64,000 nucleotides of DNA from Acidobacteriota bacterium (GTDB taxonomy: Bacteria; Acidobacteriota; UBA6911), in contig OY761556.1 of assembly GCA_963664705.1 (NCBI GenBank), forward strand, positions 3,360,001 through 3,424,000, read 5' to 3'. The notes beneath the pieces were generated by a model. The model was not told the origin of the DNA. It did not search any database and was given only the letters and a program-made list of their open reading frames with translations. A program made the translations under genes and the position numbers. Positions 21,501 through 31,642 of the stretch are shown one piece after another. How positions within the stretch are numbered: the stretch's first letter is position 1; the number at the start of each line of letters is the position of its first letter.

Positions 21501-21636
21501 CCTTTTGTTAACGCTGCTGGTTACGCCGGTTATCTATTCGCTCTTTGACGATCTGAAGGCATGGTCACGGCGGATGGTTGGAGCACAGGAAGAAGTTGCT
21601 TCTACGGCAGCTACAACGGAAGAAAGCGCAAGCTAG
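18529..21636 (+). CDS. RND efflux transporter permease (AcrB/AcrD/AcrF family)
   Basis: SIRRPV, GIVIDDAIVVLENI, GIVKKNSIL and RLRPILMTT motifs; 1035 aa. Confidence 0.95.
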   Translation: MKLADVSIRRPVFAFMMSAAIVVLGLASYSQLGLDLMPKTDMPMVFVRTSLPGASAEEIESQITKPVEEVVNTIAGIDELRSGSSQGNSQVMIQFTLERDIESAVQDVRDKVATIVNQFPLDTLPPVIQKMDPDANPILTIAVSGDRSQKEISQIVDKNIKQVLETVKNVGEVTFTGDRPREIQLLLNEDRMNAYNLTVDQVRMAVQRQNVEIPGGSFLSGPQEIALRTMGRIQNVDDFNKIIIAYKDGSVITFKDIGRVLDTVQEPKSVARLDGRDAVSLMIRKQSGTNTVEVVDDVLTRLKRIESTLPPDIKVQTTRDQSTFIRKSFEEIQHHLIFGGLLASIVVLLFMRNFRSTLIAAVAIPVSIIGTFTIMKGFNFTLNNMTMLALSLATGIVIDDAIVVLENIFRYVEEKKVPPREAASKATSEIGLAVMATTLSLVVIFLPVAFMTGQVGQYFYSFGIVSAAAFLLSMFVSFTLTPALCGHWLKAKDTAHKTSKSQGFYAVIDRSYGRMLNWSLHHRYVIVMIAAAVVLSSWFLFGRIGKELVPDDDQSEYSINIRLPRGTNFQRTDQYIRPIEEDIRRMREVKTVFSNVNAASANIYVGLTPLDSRKVSQQTLMREARVYLRKYPGARISVSGGTDLSGSSSAGGGRGGGMNRVQYLIQGPEIEQLQSYTTQLLDKVRTIPGIVDADTNFEPTAPELRVHVNRARAADLGVSIDSLASNLRTLVGGSEVSKYREGDDQFSVMLRLDEQFRNDPSSMGNLLVPGTGGRPLKISDVAQLTQEPGPAGIDRYNRQRQISISGNLDGIPMQAGNEAVQQKIDEMRLKPGYTAVAGFGARILSQASSDFAMAVILAVIFIYMVLASQFNSFIHPLTIMTSIPLSVPCGLFALIIFGMTVNVYSAIGLMMLFGIVKKNSILQVDYTNTLVEQGLERHDAIIQANHVRLRPILMTTIAIVAGMLPIAFGRGSGSGSRASMAVTIIGGQAICLLLTLLVTPVIYSLFDDLKAWSRRMVGAQEEVASTAATTEESAS

Positions 21637-21651
21637 ATCCACTCAGTCCGG

Positions 21652-21685
21652 AAAAACCCGCGGCAATGAACTTGCCGCGGGTTTT
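21652..21685. terminator. Bidirectional intrinsic terminator
   Basis: AAAAACCCGCGGCAA-TGAAC-TTGCCGCGGGTTTT. Confidence 0.88.
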
Positions 21686-21881
21686 ACGAATCCTTCGCCG
21701 GTTTTTCCTCAAACAGCTGACACTCAATCCCCGAGCTTTCATAAACAATCAATGCCGGATTTCGGTGCGCCTTGAATCCATGAGCCTTGCAGCCGTATGG
21801 CTGTCTCGCATCCCAGGTAACCTGGTAATAGCGGCATTTGATACAGGCAATTCGTCTCCGGCTTCCCTCTGCATCGCCCAT
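21684..21881 (-). CDS. Small four-cysteine protein (CxxC...VTWD...PYGC...SG.EC)
   Basis: 65 aa, MGDAEGSRRRIACIKCRYYQVTWDARQPYGCKAHGFK...SSGIECQLF. Resembles a small family I recall being often mislabelled uracil-DNA glycosylase. Confidence 0.7.
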   Translation of the reverse strand: MGDAEGSRRRIACIKCRYYQVTWDARQPYGCKAHGFKAHRNPALIVYESSGIECQLFEEKPAKDS

Positions 21882-21915
21882 TGAAATTCTCCGTTGCTTG
21901 GAAGATCCAATGTAT

Positions 21916-23406
21916 CTACTCATCAAGTCTGGATGCCAGTATATTCTGCAGCCGTTTGGCATCACGACGAAGATGAATGGTTCTGCCACTTCTCACATAG
22001 ACTAATCCCGGTTTGGCACCTTTGGGCTTTTTTACATCCTTGATGTGCGCCATGTGGACATCGGCATTCCCGGCGTTCTTCATTTTAGAAAAATGCACGG
22101 CCAGTTCACACGCATCCAGCAGGGATTTTGGCGGAGGATCCGGCCGACCCTCGGTTCGCAATATGACATGGCTTCCAGGATACCCTTCAAGGTGAAAGAA
22201 GAGATCATTGCCTCGCGCAAGGCGCGTTGTCAGATAATCATTCCCCTCGTCGCTTCGTCCCACCCAAATCTCCAGACCATCCTGTGTCCGATATTTTTTG
22301 GGGAGAAGCCTGGATGGTATGTCCTTTTTCTGGCTAACGGGACGAGCGGGCTCACCTCCCGGCTTCCGCCGCGATGATGTACGCTGCAGGAGCCGTCGCA
22401 CGCGGGGCAATTCGGCGATCCGCTCCAACGTCACGACATCCGGCATTTCGCCGTTCCCGGCCTGCCGCGCCTGCTCAGCGATCAGGTTGAGTTCTCCCTG
22501 AGAGACCTGGAGTTCGGATAGCTGCTGCTCGATCATAATCACGCCTCGGGATTCTTTTTGATACCGGGCAAAGTACGACTCCAGATTGGCCGCGGGTGAG
22601 AGCCTGGGATCGACAGGGATCTCCACAACCTCTCCAGTCTGATAATCCCTCGCCTTGACGATTTCATCTCCCGGCTGAATCGTATGCAGAACTCCCTTCA
22701 GCAACTCGCCGATGTGCCTGGATTGCTCCGCCTTTTTTGCCTCTCCCAGGTCTTCCTGCAAATGAACCGCCTTGCGATCGAGAAAAGACCGCTCTTTCTT
22801 CAGCGCCTGTTCGATCCTCCGCAGCAGTGCCTGACCGCGATCCTTTCTTTCCAGGTGATCATAGGCGTCACAAACTGCATCCAGGTATTCGGCATCCGGG
22901 ACATCTTCCCACCTGTCCGTACCTTCGTTTGGCGCAATGCTGTGAGGATCCACCCAGGAATCGCCAATTTTCAGCTCACGCCTAGTATCTTCCAGGGATC
23001 GCATGGAGTGCACTAGTTTCCACTGTTGATCAAGCAAATAAAGATTGGTGCGGGCTCCAAGGATTGAGAAGACGAGCGTGAAGCGATCCTCGCCCCTGTC
23101 AAGCCGGATCCCGACCTGCCTATCCCCATCTCGAATGTCCATTCCGCTAAAGCGAGTCCCATGCAGGTGAGCACGCAGGTACTCGCAAAACGAACCGGGC
23201 GGCGGCGTTTTCTCCGGCAACGCTGTCAAGCAGAAGCGCGCATAATCCGGGCTTGTGGAAATGAGCAGGTGCACTTTTCCTCCGGAAACCTCAAAGGTCA
23301 AAATCACCTGTTGATCTTCCGGCTGCGATGCTCGCCGCAGTACTCCCCCCACCAGTTTCTCCTGAAGTTGATGGGCCGCGCGCCGGAACTCACACAAACG
23401 TAACAT
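21916..23406 (-). CDS. NFACT family protein (RqcH/Rqc2-like)
   Basis: NFACT-N (GDRQV, TNLYLLD), coiled coil, and NFACT-R (IWVGRSDEGNDYL, FFH...PGSHVIL, KKPKGAKPGLV). Confidence 0.88.
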   Translation of the reverse strand: MLRLCEFRRAAHQLQEKLVGGVLRRASQPEDQQVILTFEVSGGKVHLLISTSPDYARFCLTALPEKTPPPGSFCEYLRAHLHGTRFSGMDIRDGDRQVGIRLDRGEDRFTLVFSILGARTNLYLLDQQWKLVHSMRSLEDTRRELKIGDSWVDPHSIAPNEGTDRWEDVPDAEYLDAVCDAYDHLERKDRGQALLRRIEQALKKERSFLDRKAVHLQEDLGEAKKAEQSRHIGELLKGVLHTIQPGDEIVKARDYQTGEVVEIPVDPRLSPAANLESYFARYQKESRGVIMIEQQLSELQVSQGELNLIAEQARQAGNGEMPDVVTLERIAELPRVRRLLQRTSSRRKPGGEPARPVSQKKDIPSRLLPKKYRTQDGLEIWVGRSDEGNDYLTTRLARGNDLFFHLEGYPGSHVILRTEGRPDPPPKSLLDACELAVHFSKMKNAGNADVHMAHIKDVKKPKGAKPGLVYVRSGRTIHLRRDAKRLQNILASRLDE

Positions 23407-23517
23407 GCTTCCTCCGCCTTAAGTTCGGCCTAAGGATAACACAGCTAAAAACAGGGACGTCCCACATCCCTGTTTTTTGTCAGGCATGCTACAATGCACA
23501 ACTTTGCAGAGGGAACC

Positions 23518-24648
23518 ATGCTGTCGATTGTCCGGAAGCACAAATGGAGTGTAGCCGCAGGGATGTTGATTGTGCTGACCCTGCTTTGGGTCCCGGGCAA
23601 ACACGCCATTTTCGCAATCCGCCTTGCCTTGGGTATAAAGGAGTTGGCATCCGGAGTAAACCGGCAGGATCTTCCGGTCAAACAGGTAAAGCTGCACGGC
23701 TCCATGAATGGCTCGGAATACGAAGCCCTGCTTTATTCGCCCGAGAAATTCCAACCGACGACTGCCGTCATTCTTGTTGCCGGCTTAAGTGAACTCGGAT
23801 GCTACCACCCGCGGGCGGTTGCCTTATCGCGGGTCCTGGCGTCCAGGGGCTTACTGGTCATTACGCCGGACATCAAGGAATTCAGGGATTTCCAAATATC
23901 GCCGGAGCCAATCAGGCAAATCCTGTTCTGGCTCCGCGAAATTCGAGGACTCAAGGAAGGTTTGCACATTACAAAAACCGGCATTGGGGGAATCTCCTTT
24001 TCGGGAACGCTCGCCCTGATATCGGCGGCTCAACCGGAGGTTCGCGACACGCTTGGATTTGTCGCGGCAATAGGACCTTATTCAGACCTGCTGCGCTGCA
24101 CAAAAGACTGGTTTGCTGCGGCTCCCGAATCCCGCTCGAATTATTATCCAACGCGGTTTTATGCAAAGTGGATCATCATGCGATCCGCGTTGGACATGAT
24201 TACCGACTCCAACGAGCGACTCTTTTTGCGCGACGTCCTCACCGATCTGCTGCTGCAAAAAACAGTCCCGCCGGCTCATGCCGGGATGTCGTCGCAGGCT
24301 ACACGATGGTACGGATTGGCAACTATGCCCGAAACACAAACAGATCAGGAATTGACGGATGAAATTGAACGTTACCTGGTTTTACGAATATATCCTCAAC
24401 TCGATCCTGAAAAGGCCCTGAAGGAAATTCGCTGCCCTGTATTCCTGATTCACGGAACCTATGACGACCTGATTCCGGCTGAGGAAAGTATTGAACTGAA
24501 CCGAAAATTGCCGAATTCGTACCTGCTCATCAGCCCATTTCTGACCCACACTCATCCAGCTGATACCCATTTATCCCTGAGCCAGAACCTGAAAGCCGCG
24601 ACCGATGCGCTCACATTCTTTTACCAATTCGCGGAGGTTGTCCAGTAA
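23518..24648 (+). CDS. Membrane-anchored alpha/beta hydrolase
   Basis: N-terminal TM segment, GISFSG nucleophile elbow, HGTYDDLIP, C-terminal His. Confidence 0.7.
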   Translation: MLSIVRKHKWSVAAGMLIVLTLLWVPGKHAIFAIRLALGIKELASGVNRQDLPVKQVKLHGSMNGSEYEALLYSPEKFQPTTAVILVAGLSELGCYHPRAVALSRVLASRGLLVITPDIKEFRDFQISPEPIRQILFWLREIRGLKEGLHITKTGIGGISFSGTLALISAAQPEVRDTLGFVAAIGPYSDLLRCTKDWFAAAPESRSNYYPTRFYAKWIIMRSALDMITDSNERLFLRDVLTDLLLQKTVPPAHAGMSSQATRWYGLATMPETQTDQELTDEIERYLVLRIYPQLDPEKALKEIRCPVFLIHGTYDDLIPAEESIELNRKLPNSYLLISPFLTHTHPADTHLSLSQNLKAATDALTFFYQFAEVVQ

Positions 24649-24833
24649 AGTCACGACTCCGCCCATTCGGTTGGTTTTTGGTAAGAACGCCGATATGCCG
24701 GCCACGGTGCTCCCTGCGCATTCGATCCGGGAATCGACATTTCCGGTGGTTTCACACCGCCTGCTTTTTCCATAGGAAAACAGGTTCATCTCCATTAAAA
24801 TTCCACCCCTTGGGCTAACAGGAAGGTCACACA

Positions 24834-25889
24834 ATGACGGCACTCTATGCAGTGATAATGGCAGGCGGGCGAGGCGAAAGATTCTGGCCCCTCAGCACAA
24901 GCAATCTTCCTAAACCTTTCATTAAGCTCCTGGGTTCCAGTTCACTGATTCAGGATACGGTTTCGAGAATCGAACCTATTGTTCCGCGGGAGAGAATCCT
25001 GATATCCATTGGAGCGGCGCATCTCGATATCGCACGGCAACAGCTGCCGCAAATCCCTCCGGAGAATTTTCTGGTCGAACCGGTTGGTCGCGACACATCG
25101 GCCTGCATCGGTTTTTGCGCCCTGCACATTGAGCATCGGGATCCCAAGGGAATCATGCTGGCACTTCCCGCGGATCATTTCGTTAGCGATGCAGAGGGAT
25201 ATCGATCCACAATCCGGAAAGGGCTCGATAATCTGGAAGGAGCGGCGGGCGTTATTTTCGGCATTCCCCCCTCGCGCCCTGAAACAGGATACGGGTATAT
25301 TCTAGCCCAAAAGCCGGAGATTGCAGCGGATGCCTGGCCGGTCATCCGGTTCGTTGAAAAACCGGATGCGCCCACAGCCGCCCGCTTCCTGGCATCCGGA
25401 GACTATTTCTGGAACAGCGGGATGTTTCTATGGAACAATCGAATTCTTCTGGAGCTTTTTCAGAAGCATATGCCTGAGGTATATACGGGTCTGTGCGGGT
25501 TGCGCCCCTTGCTGTCGGGAAAAGACACGGAGTCGCAGATATCGGAAATCTTCTCTTCTCTGCCCCGCATCTCCATTGATTTCGGAATTATGGAAAAGAC
25601 ATCCGGCCTGAGGCTGGTCCCGGCACAATTTGTTTGGGATGATATTGGAAACTGGGCGTCGCTGGAAAGAGCCCTTCCACCCGATCCGAAGGGAAATATC
25701 GCGCAGGGCTCTCACGTGGCATTGGATTCAAGCGGTTGTGTCATCTATGCTCAGAATGGGACGGTGGCCGCTTTTGGAGTATCAGATCTGATAATAGTGG
25801 AAGCATACGGCAAGGTGCTTGTCTGTCCCAAAGACCGGGCCGCCGACTTAAAGAAATTGGTTACTGCATTGGGCCCGCACGAGGGCTGA
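24834..25889 (+). CDS. manC: Mannose-1-phosphate guanylyltransferase
   Basis: [42 protein letters not shown] and SIDFGIMEK motifs. Confidence 0.93.
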   Translation: MTALYAVIMAGGRGERFWPLSTSNLPKPFIKLLGSSSLIQDTVSRIEPIVPRERILISIGAAHLDIARQQLPQIPPENFLVEPVGRDTSACIGFCALHIEHRDPKGIMLALPADHFVSDAEGYRSTIRKGLDNLEGAAGVIFGIPPSRPETGYGYILAQKPEIAADAWPVIRFVEKPDAPTAARFLASGDYFWNSGMFLWNNRILLELFQKHMPEVYTGLCGLRPLLSGKDTESQISEIFSSLPRISIDFGIMEKTSGLRLVPAQFVWDDIGNWASLERALPPDPKGNIAQGSHVALDSSGCVIYAQNGTVAAFGVSDLIIVEAYGKVLVCPKDRAADLKKLVTALGPHEG

Positions 25890-25903
25890 TTGGAGATTCA
25901 GCA

Positions 25904-27151
25904 ATGAGCGCAAAAGCAAAAAAGGTAGTACTGGCATACAGTGGTGGTCTGGATACATCGATTATTATTCCCTGGCTCAAGGAGAACTACGGCGCGGAAG
26001 TCATCGCCTTCGCAGCCGACGTCGGACAGGGGAGTGAATTGACTGGGCTGGAAGAAAAGGCCATCAAGACCGGTGCCTCCAAATGCATTGTCGAGGATCT
26101 TCGGGACGAGTTTGTTTCCGAATTCGTCTTCCCCACTCTGAGAGCCGGGGCGATCTATGAGAGAAAATATCTCCTTGGCACCTCTTTTGCCCGCCCATTG
26201 ATTGCACGCCGACAGGTGGAGATTGCGGAACAGGAAGGCGCCGATGCGGTATCGCACGGCTGCACGGGCAAGGGCAATGACCAGGTGCGGTTTGAGCTTA
26301 CCTATAAAGCCCTGAATCCCAAGCTGCGGATCATTGCTCCCTGGCGTGAATGGGACATCAAATCGCGCGAAGACGAAATCGATTATGCACAGGATCGCAA
26401 AGTTCCAATTACGGCAACCAAGGAAAAAATCTACAGTGAAGACCGTAATCTCTGGCACCTCAGCCACGAAGGCGGCATCCTGGAAAATCCCTGGGCCGAG
26501 CCTGAAGAGAGTATGTATGTCATGACGGTATCTCCGGAAAAAGCTCCGGACACGCCGCAGTATATCGAGATCGAATTCGCGAATGGCAATCCGATCGCGG
26601 TGGACGGGAAAAAACTCAGTTCAGTGGAAATTATCGAAACGCTGAACAAGGTTGGAGGCGCCCACGGGATAGGACGCATCGACCTCGTGGAAAATCGACT
26701 TGTCGGCATGAAGTCGCGCGGGGTTTATGAAACTCCCGGCGGAACCCTTCTCCTCGCGGCACACCGGGAACTGGAGAGCATGACCCTCGACAAGGCTACC
26801 CTGCACTACAAAGACATACTCGCCGGAAAGTATGCGGAACTCGTTTACAACGGACAGTGGTTCACGCCGCTCCGCTATGCAATGGATGCCTTCATCGACA
26901 CCATCCAGGCGCGGGTAAGCGGAGCCGTTCGGCTGAAATTGTACAAGGGGAACGTCATCATCGCCGGCAGAAAATCTCCCTTCTCGCTGTATCGCGAAGA
27001 TCTGGCGACATTCGCGGAAGACAGCGTCTACAACCAGAAAGATGCCGAAGGGTTCATCAATCTTTTCGGTTTGCCGAACAAGGTGGAAGCGCTGCTTGGC
27101 ATGGCGGGAGCCCAGGCTACAAATTACCGTGAACGAAAGTACAAGAAATAG
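25904..27151 (+). CDS. argG: Argininosuccinate synthase
   Basis: [24 protein letters not shown] and [11 protein letters not shown] motifs. Confidence 0.97.
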   Translation: MSAKAKKVVLAYSGGLDTSIIIPWLKENYGAEVIAFAADVGQGSELTGLEEKAIKTGASKCIVEDLRDEFVSEFVFPTLRAGAIYERKYLLGTSFARPLIARRQVEIAEQEGADAVSHGCTGKGNDQVRFELTYKALNPKLRIIAPWREWDIKSREDEIDYAQDRKVPITATKEKIYSEDRNLWHLSHEGGILENPWAEPEESMYVMTVSPEKAPDTPQYIEIEFANGNPIAVDGKKLSSVEIIETLNKVGGAHGIGRIDLVENRLVGMKSRGVYETPGGTLLLAAHRELESMTLDKATLHYKDILAGKYAELVYNGQWFTPLRYAMDAFIDTIQARVSGAVRLKLYKGNVIIAGRKSPFSLYREDLATFAEDSVYNQKDAEGFINLFGLPNKVEALLGMAGAQATNYRERKYKK

Positions 27152-27277
27152 TAGTCGGTCATCAGCAGCCGGTAGTCGGCATCAACAGTAAAGCTCGTTC
27201 GACGGCATGGTGCAGTGTTATGCTAAATCATGCCGTCGACGACACGGACTAACGGCGGCCGGCAACTGACGACTGAT

Positions 27278-28915
27278 ATGGCGACATTTACTGACATTCC
27301 GTTTCATCAGATTCCACGACAATCCCCGCTGTTCTTGAATTACCTTCAATCCGCACCGGCTTCTTTGCGCTTTTACCAACGGCCCCCAACCCTGCAGAGC
27401 ATCGAGTCTCTGGCTCGAACCGGACTTGAAACAGTCCAATTCCCGAGGGCCGAAATTGCTGCCATTCTGCAAATCCAGAATCGCTCCTATGGCTGTGATG
27501 ACGTCACCATGGACCGCATCAACGACCTGAAAAACCCGGATTGCGTGGCAATCCTGACGGGACAGCAGGTAGGCCTTTTCACCGGGCCGTCGTATACGAT
27601 CTATAAAGCGCTGACTGCCGTGCGGCTTGCGGATGAGCTGCGGCTTCGAGGAATTCCCGCAGTTCCGATTTTCTGGATGGATACGGAAGATCACGATCTG
27701 GCGGAAGTGACGCATTGCACATTGCTCGATACCAATTCCTCCTTGCGCACCGTTGATTTCAGGGAAATTCTCTTCAAGGAACCACCAACGGGCCCGACAG
27801 GTTCGGTGACGTTTCCGGAGAACATCCATCTGGCTATTGAGGAGTTTTTGTCCGGCATTCCTGAGAACAGTTGGAAGGAAGAAGTCCGCCTTCAATTGGT
27901 AAGCGCATGCAGGCCGGGCACCACATTCGGCCAGTCCTTCGGGGAATTGCTGGCCAAGTCGCTCCCCGGTTCCGGGCTTATCCTGTTTGATCCGCACGCG
28001 CCTGAAGCGAAACGCTTAACCGCCTCGATATATCAAAAGGCTCTCCACAACGCGGAATCAATCCGTTCCGCACTCCTGAGCAGGAACCGGGAACTGGAAA
28101 ATTCCGGCTTTCATGCCCAGGTGAATGTTCTCGATAATTCGACCGTTCTTTTCTTTATGGAAGATGGCGAAAGACGGGCGATCGAGCAGCGAGAGCAGGC
28201 ATTTTCACTGAAGAATTCCGGCCGGCAATTCCGCATGGATGAGCTTGTGGACTGTGCGGCCCGAACACCGGAAAAATTCAGTCCCAATGTTCTTTTGCGA
28301 CCGATCATTCAGGATCACCTTTTCCCTACGGTGGCCTATGTAGGGGGGTCCTCCGAGTTGGCCTATTTTGCCCAAATTGAAGCTCTCTACCAGATATATG
28401 GTCGCCCCATGCCAGTTATCTGGCCGCGCGACAGCTTCACGCTCGTTGAAAACGAAACGAGCCGCGAGATGATCCGGCTGGGGATTTCGTTTCAGGATTG
28501 CTTTCATGGCCATTCGGCAGTCATGGAAAAGGCCGTCCGGAATTCCGGCATTTCCCAGGCTCCGGCCACGCTCGAATCGTTGCAGATACGCCTGGACGGA
28601 GTTTTGTCGGACATCAAACCGGAGCTGCAATCCGTCGAGCCTCCGCTTGCGGAGGCCCTGGAGACGGCCCGTCGGAAAATCCAGCATAATATCCAGCACC
28701 TCAAATCGCAGCTGATCCGGCTGGAAGGGACACGGGCATCGGCTCTCTCCGACGCGGTCAATCTCATCCTGAACAATTGTTATCCCAGGCAGACTCTGCA
28801 GGAGCGGGAATTGGGAATCCAGCATTTCTATGCCCGCCACGGCGCATCCTTGCTTACGGCGGTAAAATCCGCGATCAATATCAACAGTTTTGCGCATCAT
28901 GTCGTCCATCTGTAG
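27278..28915 (+). CDS. bshC: Bacillithiol biosynthesis protein BshC
   Basis: TGQQ.GLFTGP.Y..YK, FWM..EDHD..E, SPNVLLRP..QD..FP, GG..E.AY and LQER motifs. Confidence 0.92.
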   Translation: MATFTDIPFHQIPRQSPLFLNYLQSAPASLRFYQRPPTLQSIESLARTGLETVQFPRAEIAAILQIQNRSYGCDDVTMDRINDLKNPDCVAILTGQQVGLFTGPSYTIYKALTAVRLADELRLRGIPAVPIFWMDTEDHDLAEVTHCTLLDTNSSLRTVDFREILFKEPPTGPTGSVTFPENIHLAIEEFLSGIPENSWKEEVRLQLVSACRPGTTFGQSFGELLAKSLPGSGLILFDPHAPEAKRLTASIYQKALHNAESIRSALLSRNRELENSGFHAQVNVLDNSTVLFFMEDGERRAIEQREQAFSLKNSGRQFRMDELVDCAARTPEKFSPNVLLRPIIQDHLFPTVAYVGGSSELAYFAQIEALYQIYGRPMPVIWPRDSFTLVENETSREMIRLGISFQDCFHGHSAVMEKAVRNSGISQAPATLESLQIRLDGVLSDIKPELQSVEPPLAEALETARRKIQHNIQHLKSQLIRLEGTRASALSDAVNLILNNCYPRQTLQERELGIQHFYARHGASLLTAVKSAININSFAHHVVHL

Positions 28916-28936
28916 CCCGGCTTAATGAGGTGTCAC

Positions 28937-31627
28937 ATGAGAACTCGTTTGTGGATCCTCCTGTTTATCCTGGCGGCGGCTATTGGCTCCCGCGCGGGAA
29001 ATCAAAATACATACCCACTTGCAGAGGAGCGCGGGACCGCGGGTATCCTGGCGGCGCTGGAAAAGCTGCCCGTTTATGTGCACGTGCTTCAGACCACCGC
29101 CCATCCGGACGACGAAAGCGCGGGAACCCTGACGTGGCTCGCAAGGAAATTTCATGCGCGGACCGCTCTTTTTTGCCTGACCCGCGGAGAGGGAGGCCAG
29201 AACATTCTCGGAAACGAGAAATATGAGGAGCTGGGCCTTGTGCGGTCGGGAGAATTGCTCCAGGCATGCAGATATTACGGAGTTGATCTCTATTTCGGAA
29301 CAGCCGTCGACTTCGGATTTTCCAAAACCGCGGAGGAAACGCTTGCGAAGTGGGGGCACGAAGAAACTCTGGAGGGGATGGTTCGATTTATCCGTCAGTA
29401 CCGCCCGGATATTATTTTATCGAGATTCCAGGGAAATGCGGCGGACGGGCATGGACATCACCAGGCGGCAGGCATAGTGACGCGCGAAGCCTTCGGGGCT
29501 GCGGCCGATCCGACAAGATTTCCGCAGCAAATAAAGGAAGGTCTCCAACCCTGGAAGTCAAAAAAGCTGTATGTAAGCAGCATGAGCGCGGATATGGCTC
29601 CGGCCACCGAAGGCTCACAGGACGGGGTTGTCCGCATCCCTGTAGGCGATTATAGCCCTGCACTAGGACTGTCCTACCGGGAGATAGCCAGCGAAGGATA
29701 TAGCAAACATCGCACTCAGGGTAATGGCGCCACCGCATCACAGCCGGGGCGGTCCTATGAATACTTCAGGCTGACTGCGGCAGCGCAAGGAACACGATCG
29801 GCGGGAAACAGTTTCTTTGATGCCATCGATACTTCACTCAATGCAATCTACGAACTGGCCGGTGATGAAAAGAACAAGGCGAGCTTTCTCAAGGAAGACC
29901 TGCAGGCCATTCAGCAATGTGCGGTTGAGGCCTTACAGTCATTTCGGTATGCGCATCCTGAAGGCAGTGCGCCCGCGGCAGCCCGGGGAGTGCAGCATAT
30001 AGACCGGCTTATCAAGAAAGTGGATTCATCGGCGTTGTCTGATTCGACGCGAACGATACTGCTGGATGCCCTGCACGAAAAACTCCGGGATTTCCAGAAT
30101 GCGGTTCACGCAACCCTGGGGATTCTCCTTATAGCTAGAACGCAGGACCTTGCGGCTGTTCCGGGCGAAAAGGAACCGTTCAATCTGTATTTCTATAATC
30201 AGGGCTCTGAATCTGTCTCCATCTCCGGCGTGCGTGCAGTATCGACGCGTGATAAAGGCAAGGTTTCCTTTGCCGTGGATAGCCCCTCCAGCAAACAGAT
30301 CCCCGGAGGAGGATCATTGGTCATGGCAGGCATTTTCGAATTATCTCCTGCCGCAGGTGTTACCGAACCCTTCTGGAGCTTGGAGAATAACTCCGAGGCC
30401 CGCTATAGGATATTGCGTAAGCAGGACGAATTCGCACCCTTTGGCCCATCTGAGTTGAAGACGGAGGTTCGATATCTGTTCCAGGGCAACGAAATCGCTA
30501 TCGATGCGGAAGGGATGGCTCAGGCCGGAGACCCTATCCGAGGATCTGATTTCCAGGATTTTCAGATCGTACCGGCACTTTCGATTGCATTGAACCCCAA
30601 GGTAGTCATCGCTCCAATATCCGGCAGCCAGGACGTCCACGAGTTCCAGGCTTCCGTTCTGAATAATCAAGGGAGCGGAGTGCGAGGAACCCTGGCGCTT
30701 GCCGCCCCCGCAGGCTGGAAAGTAGAGCCGTTGGAAAGAGACTTCGAGCTTTCTCGAAAGGGTGAAACCTATACAACGACCTTCAAGGTTCGCTCCCCGG
30801 CAGGGATCAAAACCGGAAACCACTCCATTGAAGCGGTGGCGCGTGTCGGGACGCAGGAGTACCGGCGGGGATACCATACAATTTCCTATCCTGAAAACTG
30901 GACCAGGAATTTCTACATTCCGGCGCAATCCAAGATCGATAGATTCGATATACGGATTGCTCCCGGGCTCATGGTCGGATACATTCCGGGCGCCGGAGAT
31001 GACGTCCCCAATGCCCTTGAGCAATTGGGAATCAAGGTTCAGACACTTTCGGCATCCGACCTTGCTTACGGCGATCTCCGCCGTTTCGCGGCGATTGTCA
31101 CGGGGATTCGAGCCTACAACGTGAATGAGGACCTGAGAGCCAACAATCGACGCCTTTTGAACTATGTTGCCGAAGGCGGAACGTTGGTTGTTCAATATGT
31201 GCGCCCGATGGAGAGGCCGGCTCGTGGAAGCCAGGGGTCTCCGTTTCTCTATGGCCCCTACCCTATGAGTGTTTCGGAATCGGATCGCATCACGGTCGAG
31301 GATTCCCCAATCAAAATCCTCGACACCGCCAATCCGGTATTCTCCGGACCAAACAAAATCACCGATGCGGATTTCCGGGATTGGGTACAGGAGCGTGGTC
31401 TCTATTTTATGAATTCATGGGATTCCCACTATACTCCATTGCTGTCGGGAAATGATCCCGGCGAGGAGCCCAAGAAAGGCGGAATGCTTTACGCAAAATA
31501 CGGCAATGGCCACTACATCTATAGCGCCTATTCCTGGTTCCGCCAGCTTCCTGCCGGAGTCCCGGGCGCATTCCGGATTTTCGCAAATATGCTGAGCCTT
31601 GGGAAAAGCACGGCAAATTCCAAATAA
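28937..31627 (+). CDS. Secreted PIG-L/LmbE family deacetylase with NEW3-like and glutamine-amidotransferase-like C-terminal domains
   Basis: Signal peptide, AHPDDE, TRGEGGQN, DFGFSK, HGHH, WVQERG and FRQLPAGVPGA motifs. Confidence 0.88.
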   Translation: MRTRLWILLFILAAAIGSRAGNQNTYPLAEERGTAGILAALEKLPVYVHVLQTTAHPDDESAGTLTWLARKFHARTALFCLTRGEGGQNILGNEKYEELGLVRSGELLQACRYYGVDLYFGTAVDFGFSKTAEETLAKWGHEETLEGMVRFIRQYRPDIILSRFQGNAADGHGHHQAAGIVTREAFGAAADPTRFPQQIKEGLQPWKSKKLYVSSMSADMAPATEGSQDGVVRIPVGDYSPALGLSYREIASEGYSKHRTQGNGATASQPGRSYEYFRLTAAAQGTRSAGNSFFDAIDTSLNAIYELAGDEKNKASFLKEDLQAIQQCAVEALQSFRYAHPEGSAPAAARGVQHIDRLIKKVDSSALSDSTRTILLDALHEKLRDFQNAVHATLGILLIARTQDLAAVPGEKEPFNLYFYNQGSESVSISGVRAVSTRDKGKVSFAVDSPSSKQIPGGGSLVMAGIFELSPAAGVTEPFWSLENNSEARYRILRKQDEFAPFGPSELKTEVRYLFQGNEIAIDAEGMAQAGDPIRGSDFQDFQIVPALSIALNPKVVIAPISGSQDVHEFQASVLNNQGSGVRGTLALAAPAGWKVEPLERDFELSRKGETYTTTFKVRSPAGIKTGNHSIEAVARVGTQEYRRGYHTISYPENWTRNFYIPAQSKIDRFDIRIAPGLMVGYIPGAGDDVPNALEQLGIKVQTLSASDLAYGDLRRFAAIVTGIRAYNVNEDLRANNRRLLNYVAEGGTLVVQYVRPMERPARGSQGSPFLYGPYPMSVSESDRITVEDSPIKILDTANPVFSGPNKITDADFRDWVQERGLYFMNSWDSHYTPLLSGNDPGEEPKKGGMLYAKYGNGHYIYSAYSWFRQLPAGVPGAFRIFANMLSLGKSTANSK

Positions 31628-31642
31628 GGCTCGCGGCCGACG

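Noticed and set aside
28937-31627. Calling this gene bshB
   Set aside because: It has a signal peptide and ~900 aa multidomain architecture, unlike the small cytoplasmic BshB1/B2.
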